In this document: piece after piece, positions 37,082-45,241 of the stretch
How positions within the stretch are numbered: the first letter of the stretch is position 1
Layout: each line of letters opens with the position of its first letter
Virus record (IMG/VR): IMGVR_UViG_3300046674_000204
Span: 764 to 64,763 of that record
Length of the DNA: 64,000 nt
DNA from: a virus
Lineage: Duplodnaviria; Caudoviricetes
Direction: 5' to 3' (one strand)
Notes under the pieces: generated by a model
Told to the model about the DNA's origin: nothing
What the model saw: the letters and a program-made list of their open reading frames with translations, nothing else
Databases searched by the model: none
Made by a program: the position numbers and the translations under genes

Positions 37082-37446
37082 GCCGCCACCGCCTTGCGCC
37101 CGTTCAGCGTCGAAGAACCGTCAACAACGGCTTCCAACAGTCTCGCCCATTGCGAGTATTCATGATAAATCGAATTTAACTTATGGGAGAGATGAAGACC
37201 GTGGACGAGAAAAGCCGCCGCATCGAAGATGAAACCGTGGAATTTATTGATCTCGTCACGGAAAAATCCGTCATCCTTGGATGGATCGTGGTCGGCCTCG
37301 GTCGATCCCCTGACGAGGACGGAGAGGCTGTTACAAGCCACAGGTTCGTCATGGGCCTGATGACGGCCATTGAGCTTCGGAACGCTCTTAACGAGATGAT
37401 CGATGATCAAAGCGCTGGGATGGTGGATTAGGGAGGTGGCGGTCAT
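37078..37446 (-). CDS. Operon-coupled ORF overlapping an antisense gene
   Basis: ATGA overlaps at both ends, but the translation is atypical. Confidence 0.4.
   Translation of the reverse strand: MTATSLIHHPSALIIDHLVKSVPKLNGRHQAHDEPVACNSLSVLVRGSTEADHDPSKDDGFFRDEINKFHGFIFDAAAFLVHGLHLSHKLNSIYHEYSQWARLLEAVVDGSSTLNGRKAVAA
37192..37431 (+). CDS. Antisense hypothetical protein
   Basis: GGGAGAG RBS; globular-looking beta-beta-helix sequence. Confidence 0.5.
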   Translation: MKTVDEKSRRIEDETVEFIDLVTEKSVILGWIVVGLGRSPDEDGEAVTSHRFVMGLMTAIELRNALNEMIDDQSAGMVD

Positions 37447-37712
37447 CCTGCATCCTCCGAGAGGCTTTTATGAGCTGTTTTCGCCAAATCACTCAGGGTG
37501 ATGAGAGATTCACGTTGGCCGGGGTGACGCCATTTGGCTTCATCACCGGCTACAAAATTGCTGTGGAGTGCATTGCCGACCTCGTAGAGGACCTTCATCA
37601 ACTGATGGCGAAGGCGAGCGATATCGAGATCTTTTTCCGCTTCGCTCTCGCGAGCTTCTAATGCCGAAAGCTCAAAGCAGAGATAATCGCTGGTGAAAAC
37701 TTTCTCGATCAT
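37443..37712 (-). CDS. Hypothetical protein downstream of cro
   Basis: ATGA-coupled to cro. Confidence 0.55.
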   Translation of the reverse strand: MIEKVFTSDYLCFELSALEARESEAEKDLDIARLRHQLMKVLYEVGNALHSNFVAGDEAKWRHPGQRESLITLSDLAKTAHKSLSEDAG

Positions 37713-37912
37713 GCTGTTGTCTCCGCAGCCTTAAACAGATCGGGGCGGAGTGTCTCGAAGGATATTCCTGTCACACGGCTGACATCGCCAAGGCGCTCAG
37801 CAGGAACCTTGTCCCACTGCGCTACCGCGCCCCGCGTGATGCCGATCTCTCGAGCCAGGCGAGCCAATGGCATCCTGTCTCGAACGGCGTCCATTCCTTC
37901 CAACTTCTGCAC
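37709..37912 (-). CDS. cro: Cro-like repressor
   Basis: LARLAREIGITRGAVAQWDKVPAER...LRPDLF; divergent from cI. Confidence 0.85.
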   Translation of the reverse strand: MQKLEGMDAVRDRMPLARLAREIGITRGAVAQWDKVPAERLGDVSRVTGISFETLRPDLFKAAETTA

Positions 37913-37944
37913 TTCCGCACTCCCTGTGTAGCGAGAATGATCAA

Positions 37945-37973
37945 GATGTACAGTTTAACTAACGCGCCGTCAA
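37945..37973 (-). promoter_or_regulatory. Lytic promoter for the cro operon with an operator in the spacer
   Basis: TTGACG-17-TACATC on the minus strand; operator-like TGTACAG-N5-CTAACGC at 37947-37965. Confidence 0.55.
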
Positions 37974-38020
37974 GTGAGACTATCGAAGATTTTGTACAGG
38001 CAGATGGCTATGCTCCAGCC

Positions 38021-38686
38021 ATGGAACTAAACCAACGGATATTTAAGGCTCGGTCAGACGCAAAGATGACCCAAGAGCAGCTCGCCAACGCTGTCGGGAA
38101 AACCCGTGGCGCTGTGGCTCAATGGGAATCTGGTGAAGTGCGGCCGCGTCATTCAACGCTGCAGTCGATTGCCGAGGCGACGGGAAAGCCGCTTAATTGG
38201 CTCGTCAACGGCGTCGATGATGGTGACCCATCCTACCCAAGAATAGGGTTAGAGGTCGTCGGCGAAGTTGCCGCCGGCATGTGGAAGGAAGGAACGGTTC
38301 GCTTTGAAAGGATGTATGAGCCAGTAGCGACCCATCCTGATTACCCTGGTTATGGGCAAAGGCTTTATCGGGTCTCGGGAAATAGCATCAACAAGATAGC
38401 CGCAAACGGAGAGTATCTGCATGCAGTCGAGCTGCACGCTGGTGGCATGAAACCGGAACACGGGGATCTAGTGATTGTTCGACGCCTTCAGCACGGATTA
38501 GCGGAATACACAGCCAAAACTCTGATATGGGAAGAAGGGCATTGGTTATTACGCCCAGAAAGCACAGATCCAGACTGGCAAGTAGATATCGAAATGTCAG
38601 GCGACAGCGATACCGAGATCGAGATTACCGATATTGTCATCGCTAAATGGTCGCCGATCGATCGGCGGCGCAAAACTTCGAAATAG
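38021..38686 (+). CDS. cI: CI-like repressor (XRE HTH plus S24 peptidase)
   Basis: MTQEQLANAVGKTRGAVAQWESG HTH; VAAG cleavage site; VSGNSI Ser and TAKTL Lys. Confidence 0.9.
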   Translation: MELNQRIFKARSDAKMTQEQLANAVGKTRGAVAQWESGEVRPRHSTLQSIAEATGKPLNWLVNGVDDGDPSYPRIGLEVVGEVAAGMWKEGTVRFERMYEPVATHPDYPGYGQRLYRVSGNSINKIAANGEYLHAVELHAGGMKPEHGDLVIVRRLQHGLAEYTAKTLIWEEGHWLLRPESTDPDWQVDIEMSGDSDTEIEITDIVIAKWSPIDRRRKTSK

Positions 38687-38692
38687 AGAATT

Positions 38693-39031
38693 TCAAGATA
38701 CTGTTTCGAAATATCCCAATGCGGCTAGGACCATGACACTTACGATTTCGCTGTCATCGTTCTGGTCCGCGTCCCTCGCCATTCTCAAGGCTGCTATTGC
38801 TCCCGAAAAGGTGCGCGCTGGACCGACCCACGCCTCCAGCGCATTTCGTGGGGCGCGATATGACGCTTCTGCATAGTGATACGAAGCAGATGGATCTTCC
38901 GGTGCATGGGCTGCGAAATCCGCTAAACCATTACGATAAGCAATGATCAACTCAAGAAGCGGCTCCTGGGCAATTATTGCTACTCCCTCTGGGGAATCCT
39001 GCCCCCAAATACTTTGTTCTAACGCCGACAT
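38693..39031 (-). CDS. Hypothetical protein convergent on cI
   Basis: ORF with GGGGAAGG RBS; helical. Confidence 0.6.
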   Translation of the reverse strand: MSALEQSIWGQDSPEGVAIIAQEPLLELIIAYRNGLADFAAHAPEDPSASYHYAEASYRAPRNALEAWVGPARTFSGAIAALRMARDADQNDDSEIVSVMVLAALGYFETVS

Positions 39032-39264
39032 ACCTTCCCCTCGCTTTGGGCTTTTTCGCCTCAACTTTGCTATTTCCCACTTAAGAACCCAACGTTTTAT
39101 AGGTCGATCCGCTTATTCTTTTCTCGCGTTTTTTTTGAGGAAACGGACCAAGACTAAATTAGCGCCCTGTGTGATTACTACCTACTAACCACGCCTTCGC
39201 AAGTTGAAAAGTGGTAGATCGGTGGTGCATATCAGACGATATATTTTTGTGCCATTTGTGCACC

Positions 39265-39480
39265 ATGGCGAAGGATGACCCTCAATTCAATTTGCGGATC
39301 GCGGCCGACCTTAAACAAAAGGTTGCTGCTGCTGCTAAGGCAAATGATCGATCTGTAACCGCAGAGATAATCGCCAGGCTCGAATCAACGTTCAGCACAG
39401 AGCAGCCATATTCAGAAATCACCGCCGTGCATGAAATTATCGACAGAGCCAATTTTCTATTGAAGCATTTCAAGAGCTAA
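39265..39480 (+). CDS. Arc-family ribbon-helix-helix protein
   Basis: DDPQFNLRIAADLKQKV..AA..N.RSVTAEIIARLE. Confidence 0.85.
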   Translation: MAKDDPQFNLRIAADLKQKVAAAAKANDRSVTAEIIARLESTFSTEQPYSEITAVHEIIDRANFLLKHFKS

Positions 39481-39653
39481 ATTCTCTTGCAATCTTCAGG
39501 TTGATACGGCGCACCGCTTTTCATAAAAGCATCTTTCCAGCCCTTCGGCGGCGGCCACGGCACACCAAATTGTGCGAGCGTATCACGCGTCCATCCACCA
39601 TTCTCTGTCTTTTGAGATTCAATCTCTTCTTCAGTTATCTTTCTTCTATCCAT
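39477..39653 (-). CDS. Small hypothetical protein
   Basis: GGWTRDTLAQFGVPWPPPKGWK; AAGGA RBS. Confidence 0.65.
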   Translation of the reverse strand: MDRRKITEEEIESQKTENGGWTRDTLAQFGVPWPPPKGWKDAFMKSGAPYQPEDCKRI

Positions 39654-39689
39654 CTTGTTTTCCTTTGGTTTTGAAGGATGGAGAGGGAG

Positions 39690-39900
39690 GGTTCCGGCCA
39701 TAGCTTCCCCCTACCCCATGGAACCAAATCCATGAGGCGGGGAAACCATGGCCAAGTCCTGAAGGCCGGAGCCGGGATGGGACGCGTGCCAGAGGGGCTA
39801 TTAGCCTACCTCGTCCTGATTTTCTGACAGCGCACTTAAGGACTTTCGCTTCCCGCGCCTTGGGCTTCATCAGCTCGGGAATTGCACCCGGTCGCCCATC
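39690..39900 (-). ncRNA. Candidate ~210-nt structured RNA in the immunity region
   Basis: Long hairpin 39696-39753 that pairs fully only on the minus strand (G.U pairs); two mutually crossing stems. Confidence 0.5.
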
Positions 39901-39933
39901 GATTTGCTATGTGTAGTCCTCGCCATCGGCTAT

Positions 39934-39997
39934 TGTCTAGTCTTTCTAAACTTTTTTCTCAGCGCCTCTTGCATAATGTATAGTTAGTCTGTACAAC
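39934..39997 (+). promoter_or_regulatory. Early promoter with operators
   Basis: TTGCAT-17-TACAAC; inverted repeat TGTATAG-N5-CTGTACA at 39977-39995 and a weaker TGTCTAG-N5-CTAAACT at 39934-39952. Confidence 0.6.
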
Positions 39998-40071
39998 ATC
40001 CTCACACCAAACGGAATGAGCCAGCCACCAGGCGCCGAGCGAAACCGGGATGGAAACGAGAGGATGAGGGC

Positions 40072-40377
40072 ATGTCTGAGATTTTGTTCCAGTTTGATGA
40101 ACTCGCAATCGTCCTGAACGGCAAGACCGAGACCGGGATGCTGATCGGCGGCACGGCTGAGCTGGTGGATGCCGGCGCTGACTATCCCGGCGAGTTTTAC
40201 GTCCGCTCCGTCATGCTCGACGGCGGCACGATGCTTCATCGGGATCGCACTGTGGATGCTTTCGAGGCTGAGCTTTTCAAGCGCATCGAGGCCGTCATCT
40301 GCAACGACAAGTCGGTAATTGGTCGGCACGCCGCGCTTGAATGGAGCGATGCCTATTCCGAAGCCGTCGCCGCTTAA
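40072..40377 (+). CDS. Hypothetical early protein
   Basis: First ORF after the promoter; GAGG RBS. Confidence 0.65.
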   Translation: MSEILFQFDELAIVLNGKTETGMLIGGTAELVDAGADYPGEFYVRSVMLDGGTMLHRDRTVDAFEAELFKRIEAVICNDKSVIGRHAALEWSDAYSEAVAA

Positions 40378-40412
40378 CCACCACCACTAGATCCGCTTAG
40401 GGGCGGAAGGGG

Positions 40413-41663
40413 ATGAATATGAAAATCGAAAAACTCACACCGGAGCAGGAAGCCTACCTTCCGAAATTTCGAGCCGATTGGCTGGCCGTAGGGCTGTCTA
40501 CGGCGCGTGTTGATCGCGATCAGTCGACTGCCGCAGTCAAGGCTCTCTATGCCGCTGCTGGCGAAGCTGAGCCTATGGTGATGCATTTCGACAGCCCGGC
40601 ACAGTGCATTATGGCTATCAACTTCTTCCGGCACTTCAAGGCTGGCGCGGAAGAGAAGGCTAATCTCGGGGCTAATCTCAGGGCTAATCTCGGGGCTAAT
40701 CTCGGGGCTAATCTCGGGGCTAATCTCGGGGCTAATCTCTGGGCTAATCTCTGGGCTAATCTCTGGGCTAATCTCTGGGCTAATCTCGGGGCTAATCTCG
40801 GGGATAATCTCGGGGATAATCTCGGGGCTAATCTCAGGGCTAATCTCAGGGCTAATCTCAGGGCTAATCTCAGGGCTAATCTCGGGGCTAATCTCGGGGA
40901 TAATCTCGGGGCTAATCTCAGGGCTAATCTCAGGGCTAATCTCGGGGCTAATCTCGGGGCTAATCTCGGGGCTAATCTCTGGGCTAATCTCAGGGCTAAT
41001 CTCAGCTCTTTTGTCGATACGTGGTTCTGGGGCGGCATGGATGCGCCGTGGCTCGCGTTTTATGAGTTCGGCCGGCACATCGGCGTGAAATATGAAAAGT
41101 CGGCGCATTTTGACGCCTATCTTGAGTACGCCAGATCTAGCGGGTGGATGTACGCCTACAAGGGCATAGCGTTCATCAGCGATCGTCCTACCATCATCCG
41201 TAAGGACGATGAGAACAGACTTCATAGCGAGATCGGCCCGTCAGTCGCGTTCTCGGACGGCTACGAAATGTACTCATGGCACGGGACTACTGTGCCTGCG
41301 CATTGGATCAACGATCGCGAGAACGTCGATCCAGTCGAAATCCTGAAGACGGAAAATGTTGAGCAAAGAGCCGCTGGCGCGGCCATCGTCGGTTGGCCGA
41401 AAATGTTCGATGTTTTGGAAGCTAAGACTGTTGACAAACATGCAAACCCTGACATCGGCGAGCTTATCGAGCTGACATTGCCGGGATTGCCTGAGCCTGG
41501 ACGCTTCCTCAAGGCCGTATGTCCGAGAAACGGAATCATCTGTGAAGGCGTACCCCGCATCTCCGACATCGATGGGCTTCCGATCAATACCGCCTTGGCC
41601 GCACAGGCATGGCGGATCGGCGACCCACAATCTGAATACATCCACCCCGAGCGTAGAACCTGA
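40413..41663 (+). CDS. DUF6745-like protein with a tetrapeptide repeat tract
   Basis: KLTPEQEA...W...GLST N-terminus; [AD]NL[GRW] repeats; SDRP...LHSEIGPSVAFSDGY..YSWHG, ENVEQR and VCP motifs. Confidence 0.8.
   Translation: MNMKIEKLTPEQEAYLPKFRADWLAVGLSTARVDRDQSTAAVKALYAAAGEAEPMVMHFDSPAQCIMAINFFRHFKAGAEEKANLGANLRANLGANLGANLGANLGANLWANLWANLWANLWANLGANLGDNLGDNLGANLRANLRANLRANLRANLGANLGDNLGANLRANLRANLGANLGANLGANLWANLRANLSSFVDTWFWGGMDAPWLAFYEFGRHIGVKYEKSAHFDAYLEYARSSGWMYAYKGIAFISDRPTIIRKDDENRLHSEIGPSVAFSDGYEMYSWHGTTVPAHWINDRENVDPVEILKTENVEQRAAGAAIVGWPKMFDVLEAKTVDKHANPDIGELIELTLPGLPEPGRFLKAVCPRNGIICEGVPRISDIDGLPINTALAAQAWRIGDPQSEYIHPERRT
40659..41006 (+). repeat. 29 tandem copies of the 12-bp unit G(C/A)TAATCTC(G/A/T)GG
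   Basis: Counted from the sequence and the translation; last unit ends AGC. Confidence 0.97.
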
Positions 41664-41676
41664 AAGGAAAGTGCAT

Positions 41677-42024
41677 ATGAAACAGGTAATTGGACAGCAG
41701 GGCGAATGCAGGATCGTCAAGATCGATGCTCTTCCCGCCGGCATGGAGACGAAGAAAGTCGATCGTATCGCGAAAGGCTTCGTCATCTCCCACTCTGAAA
41801 GTGGTCACCATCATGTCTTGACCGGTGGCGACGTGATGGAGCGCATCAACAACGTCCCGGCTGGCATGCAGATATTCTTCGCAATTTTGGATGAACCGCA
41901 GTCGTTCTTTCAGGACGCGGCGAACCCGCACGGCGGATATGACCTTGATCCCGGCATCTACGAATTTCGTGTCTCGCGTGAATTCGATCCGTTCGCCGAA
42001 CAGGCCCGGAGAGTTGCCGACTAA
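41677..42024 (+). CDS. Small His-motif partner of the DUF6745-like protein
   Basis: QQGEC...SHSESGHHH...H....LDPGIYEFRVSREFDP...RRVAD; AAGGA RBS. Confidence 0.75.
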   Translation: MKQVIGQQGECRIVKIDALPAGMETKKVDRIAKGFVISHSESGHHHVLTGGDVMERINNVPAGMQIFFAILDEPQSFFQDAANPHGGYDLDPGIYEFRVSREFDPFAEQARRVAD

Positions 42025-42096
42025 GCCGATCAAGTTCGGCATCCCGCCTTTGGCAAGCGGGATTTCGAAAGTGATTTTCAACAGGAGGGTTTGCTT

Positions 42097-42327
42097 ATGA
42101 CCACCCGCGATCTCCAAATCCAATACCTCACCCCCATCGAAGGAACATGGTTCCTCATGGATGCCCAGATAGCCGTCCTCGGCTTCAAGCTGGTCAAGGA
42201 CGACCGTCGTCACCACAGGCATGACGACAGGGAGCGCGCCAGGGCTAAGGCCCGTCGTGAGGCTCTGTATGTCCGAGTGCCTGAGATCAGCCCTCGTGGT
42301 TCCGTTCACTCTGTTGCGGCGGAATGA
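42097..42327 (+). CDS. Hypothetical protein
   Basis: AGGAGG RBS; ATGA coupling downstream. Confidence 0.55.
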   Translation: MTTRDLQIQYLTPIEGTWFLMDAQIAVLGFKLVKDDRRHHRHDDRERARAKARREALYVRVPEISPRGSVHSVAAE

Positions 42328-42689
42328 CCATGACCGGCGAAGATTACTGGCAGGAAGCCTTCGAGATCGCTTTAGACGAGATGGGTTTGTTCCATATTGT
42401 CGAGACGATGACGGCAGAGCAACGCAAGGAAATGGGCCACGCTTTGGCGGGCTCTCACGAGTGCTACGGCATGGCGTTCTATAGCCCGCCGGCATCCGAC
42501 CGGCTCAACGAGATTGAGCGCGAGCATAAAGCAAAATTGGACGCCTTGCAGCGCGAGTTTGATGCCTATCGCGAGGACGCGGAGACGGCAGTCAAGAAGG
42601 CGTTGGGCCAATATTCCGACACTCAAGTCTCAATTGGCAAGTACGGCGAAGTTCTTCGCCACGGCGGCCGCACGGAGGTCATTCAATGA
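42324..42689 (+). CDS. Hypothetical protein
   Basis: 121-aa coupled ORF. Confidence 0.6.
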   Translation: MTMTGEDYWQEAFEIALDEMGLFHIVETMTAEQRKEMGHALAGSHECYGMAFYSPPASDRLNEIEREHKAKLDALQREFDAYREDAETAVKKALGQYSDTQVSIGKYGEVLRHGGRTEVIQ

Positions 42690-43003
42690 AAGAGATGATC
42701 GACAACGGAGGCCCAGCCTTCGGCATGAGAAAGCATACTCCGGGACCTTGGATCTACTACGCTGACCTGCCAAGCGACGATCCGAATTGGCACATTGTCA
42801 CAACCGCCAACAAAATGCGCGTTCTGGCAAATGTCCACATCGAGCCCGGCAACCTGATGGACGAAGCCAACGCTCGCCTGATCGCCGCTGCTCCTGATCT
42901 ATTGGCTGCGCTCAAGAATGCCGTCGCGCAGCTTGAGCGTCTTGGATCGGATGGTCTGTCTTCCGGGGCCATCGACGCGCTAGCCAAGGCGGAGGGACGT
43001 TAA
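42686..43003 (+). CDS. Phage protein of the HTPGPW...ANARLIAAAPDLL family
   Basis: Both hallmark motifs present. Confidence 0.75.
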   Translation: MKEMIDNGGPAFGMRKHTPGPWIYYADLPSDDPNWHIVTTANKMRVLANVHIEPGNLMDEANARLIAAAPDLLAALKNAVAQLERLGSDGLSSGAIDALAKAEGR

Positions 43004-43438
43004 ATGCCGCGTCTCAAATTATCATTGCAGGATAGAATTCGGGAAAGATCTGTAATCTCCGATTTTGGGTGTTGGGAATGGTCTCTTCGAAGGGACAGGG
43101 ATGGATATGGCCAAACCAAGGTCCATGGCCTTTCCAAACAAGCTCATCGTGCTTCTTATGAGGCGTTTATCGGCATAATACCCAACGGGTTAACCATTGA
43201 TCATCTGTGCAGGAATCCATCATGCGTAAATCCTGCTCATCTTGAGGCCGTTACAAATAAAGAGAACATTCTCAGAAGTAATGGGATTACGGCAATTGAA
43301 GCCCGTCTAACCCATTGCCGTTCCGGCCATGAATTCAATGACAAAAATACCTACATCGCGCCGAACGGGGCTCGGCATTGTCGTGCCTGCAATAGCGTTC
43401 GGACCTCGAAATATAAACAAAAGCGAGGCCGGTCATGA
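43004..43438 (+). CDS. HNH endonuclease
   Basis: CWEW...GYG...AHRASY...IDHLCRNPSCVNPAHL...EN; THCRSGH...CRAC. Confidence 0.88.
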   Translation: MPRLKLSLQDRIRERSVISDFGCWEWSLRRDRDGYGQTKVHGLSKQAHRASYEAFIGIIPNGLTIDHLCRNPSCVNPAHLEAVTNKENILRSNGITAIEARLTHCRSGHEFNDKNTYIAPNGARHCRACNSVRTSKYKQKRGRS

Positions 43439-43514
43439 CCTACATCTTCACCGAAATAACGATCGGCATTCTCTCCGGTCTGGTCAGCCTATCCTATCTG
43501 TATTGGAGCCGGTC

Positions 43515-43787
43515 ATGACCCATCGTTGCGATTTTCGCACCTACGGCGAATGCGGTTGCCCCGCCGGCCACTGCCAGCAGAAGACCTATATGGCCCGCGC
43601 CAAGCAGCTCACCGCCGATCAGAACGCAGAATGGCGCGCATACAATCGGGCGACATTCTCGGCACTCACTTTCACCGTTCTTTGCGCCGTAACGGCCGGC
43701 CTTCTCGCGTTCGGCGCCATCAAGGGTGAGCAGCAGGAGCGGACTTCAAATCTAATCAATCAGGAGAATGTCGCGTGGGCAAAGTAG
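43515..43787 (+). CDS. Small Cys-rich membrane protein
   Basis: CD...CGCPAGHC then one TM segment; GGAG RBS. Confidence 0.5.
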   Translation: MTHRCDFRTYGECGCPAGHCQQKTYMARAKQLTADQNAEWRAYNRATFSALTFTVLCAVTAGLLAFGAIKGEQQERTSNLINQENVAWAK

Positions 43788-43957
43788 CCGAATTTGACGC
43801 TGACCGGCTGCGTATCGGTTCGATTGTCGAACGAATAGTGAAGCCTTTGAATCCAGAGGGATTCATTGAATTCCAGCTTCGCCAGACAGTGACGGACGCC
43901 ATCAAGGAAATCGGACGCGAACGCGCCATGGAAATCATAAGGGAGGCAGCCGAATGA
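43775..43957 (+). CDS. Hypothetical protein
   Basis: AGGAG RBS; ATGA coupling to the next gene. Confidence 0.5.
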   Translation: MGKVAEFDADRLRIGSIVERIVKPLNPEGFIEFQLRQTVTDAIKEIGRERAMEIIREAAE

Positions 43958-44553
43958 CCTATTTCAGAACAGACTTTCATGAGTTCTGCGAACGCTCCGG
44001 ATGCAATCCCGAAGACGTTGATCGTGTCGTCAAAGCCATCGGTCAAGGATCTTGGTTAGCCGGCGGCGCTCTCCGTCGCACATTTATTGGCCACGCCATG
44101 GATAGCGACTTCGATTTCTTCTTTTCGTCTGCGGACGCCATGACAGCTTGGGAAGCTCGGCTTCCGTCGAATCTCAAGCTCGTGCGTGAGACCGAACATC
44201 ACAAGCATTGGCGCGGCGCGGTCGAGGGTTCTGACTTGCCGATCGACGTCCAGGCCATCCGCTTTCGCTTCTACGAGAATGCTGAACAGGTGATCGACAG
44301 CTTCGATTACACGATCACAATGTTCGCGCTCGACGGAGATCAGTTAGTCACCACACCATATGCCCTATGGGATCTGGGACGCCGCAAGCTGGCTGTTCAC
44401 AAGATCACCTATCCTGTCGCCACGATGCGTCGGCTGCTGAAATATACGAGGCAGGGCTTCACCGCTTGCGGCGGTTGCCTGTCATCCCTTCTCCGAGAAA
44501 CGGCCCAATCCCCTGAAGCGATGGGCCAGCTCGATATCCAGTACATCGATTGA
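43954..44553 (+). CDS. Minimal nucleotidyltransferase (CCA / poly(A) polymerase head-like)
   Basis: LAGGALR...DSDFDFF, IDVQAI, SFDYTITMFA, RRLLKY..QGF. Confidence 0.75.
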   Translation: MTYFRTDFHEFCERSGCNPEDVDRVVKAIGQGSWLAGGALRRTFIGHAMDSDFDFFFSSADAMTAWEARLPSNLKLVRETEHHKHWRGAVEGSDLPIDVQAIRFRFYENAEQVIDSFDYTITMFALDGDQLVTTPYALWDLGRRKLAVHKITYPVATMRRLLKYTRQGFTACGGCLSSLLRETAQSPEAMGQLDIQYID

Positions 44554-44563
44554 GGGCGCTGAC

Positions 44564-45241
44564 ATGAGTTATTTGTATCTCGATATCGAAACTGTGCCAG
44601 TCCAGAGCGAAGAGGCGAAAGCTTTTATCTCGGCCAAGGTAAAGCCGCCAGCGCAGATGAAGAAGGCTGAAACCATCCAGGCTTGGGAAACTGAGCAGAA
44701 ACCCGCAGCTCTCGAAGAGGCGATTGCCAAAACCTCTTTTGACGCGGCCTTTGGTCAGATTTGCTGCATCGGCTTGGCATTCAATGATAGCCCCGCAACA
44801 TCCATATCGTGGCCAATTAACGCCGCTTCTGAAATGCTGGCAATTAAAGGCTTTTTTGAAATAACCAGTGATCTGATCGGAAATGGATTCCCGACCATCG
44901 TCGGGCATTACATCGCCGGTTTTGATATCAAGTTTATCTGGCAGCGATGCATGGTTCTGGGCATCCGGGTTCCTGCATGGTTCCCCAAAGACCCCAAGCC
45001 GTGGGATGGCGGCATCTTCGACACTATGACGGCATGGGCGGGGCCGAGAGATACCATCAGCATGGATGATCTTTGCCGCGCCCTCGGCATTGAAGGCAAA
45101 GGCGATATTGACGGTTCGATGATCGGCAGGCTGTTCGCCGAAGGCAAACATGAGGTCATCGCCTCTTACTGCCGAGGTGATATTGATCGTACGCGGACGA
45201 TCCACCGCAAGATGATGGCTGCTCTTGGGGAGGCTGCGTAA
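44564..45241 (+). CDS. 3'-5' exonuclease (DnaQ / PolB-exo-like)
   Basis: LDIET, GHYIAGFD and YCRGD Exo I-III motifs. Confidence 0.85.
   Translation: MSYLYLDIETVPVQSEEAKAFISAKVKPPAQMKKAETIQAWETEQKPAALEEAIAKTSFDAAFGQICCIGLAFNDSPATSISWPINAASEMLAIKGFFEITSDLIGNGFPTIVGHYIAGFDIKFIWQRCMVLGIRVPAWFPKDPKPWDGGIFDTMTAWAGPRDTISMDDLCRALGIEGKGDIDGSMIGRLFAEGKHEVIASYCRGDIDRTRTIHRKMMAALGEAA

Noticed and set aside
39750-39875. Hammerhead ribozyme (CUGAUGA...GAAA on the minus strand)
   Set aside because: Stem II is poor and no stem I partner follows the putative cleavage site
40659-41006. CRISPR array or iteron origin
   Set aside because: Units are contiguous 12-mers with no spacers, are in frame within a protein, and no cas or rep gene is nearby
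40374-41225. Antisense ORFs with ISPE and RLAP repeats (40374-41225, 40547-41038)
   Set aside because: They are open only because the repeat lacks stops in those frames; the plus-strand ORF has an RBS and conserved domains
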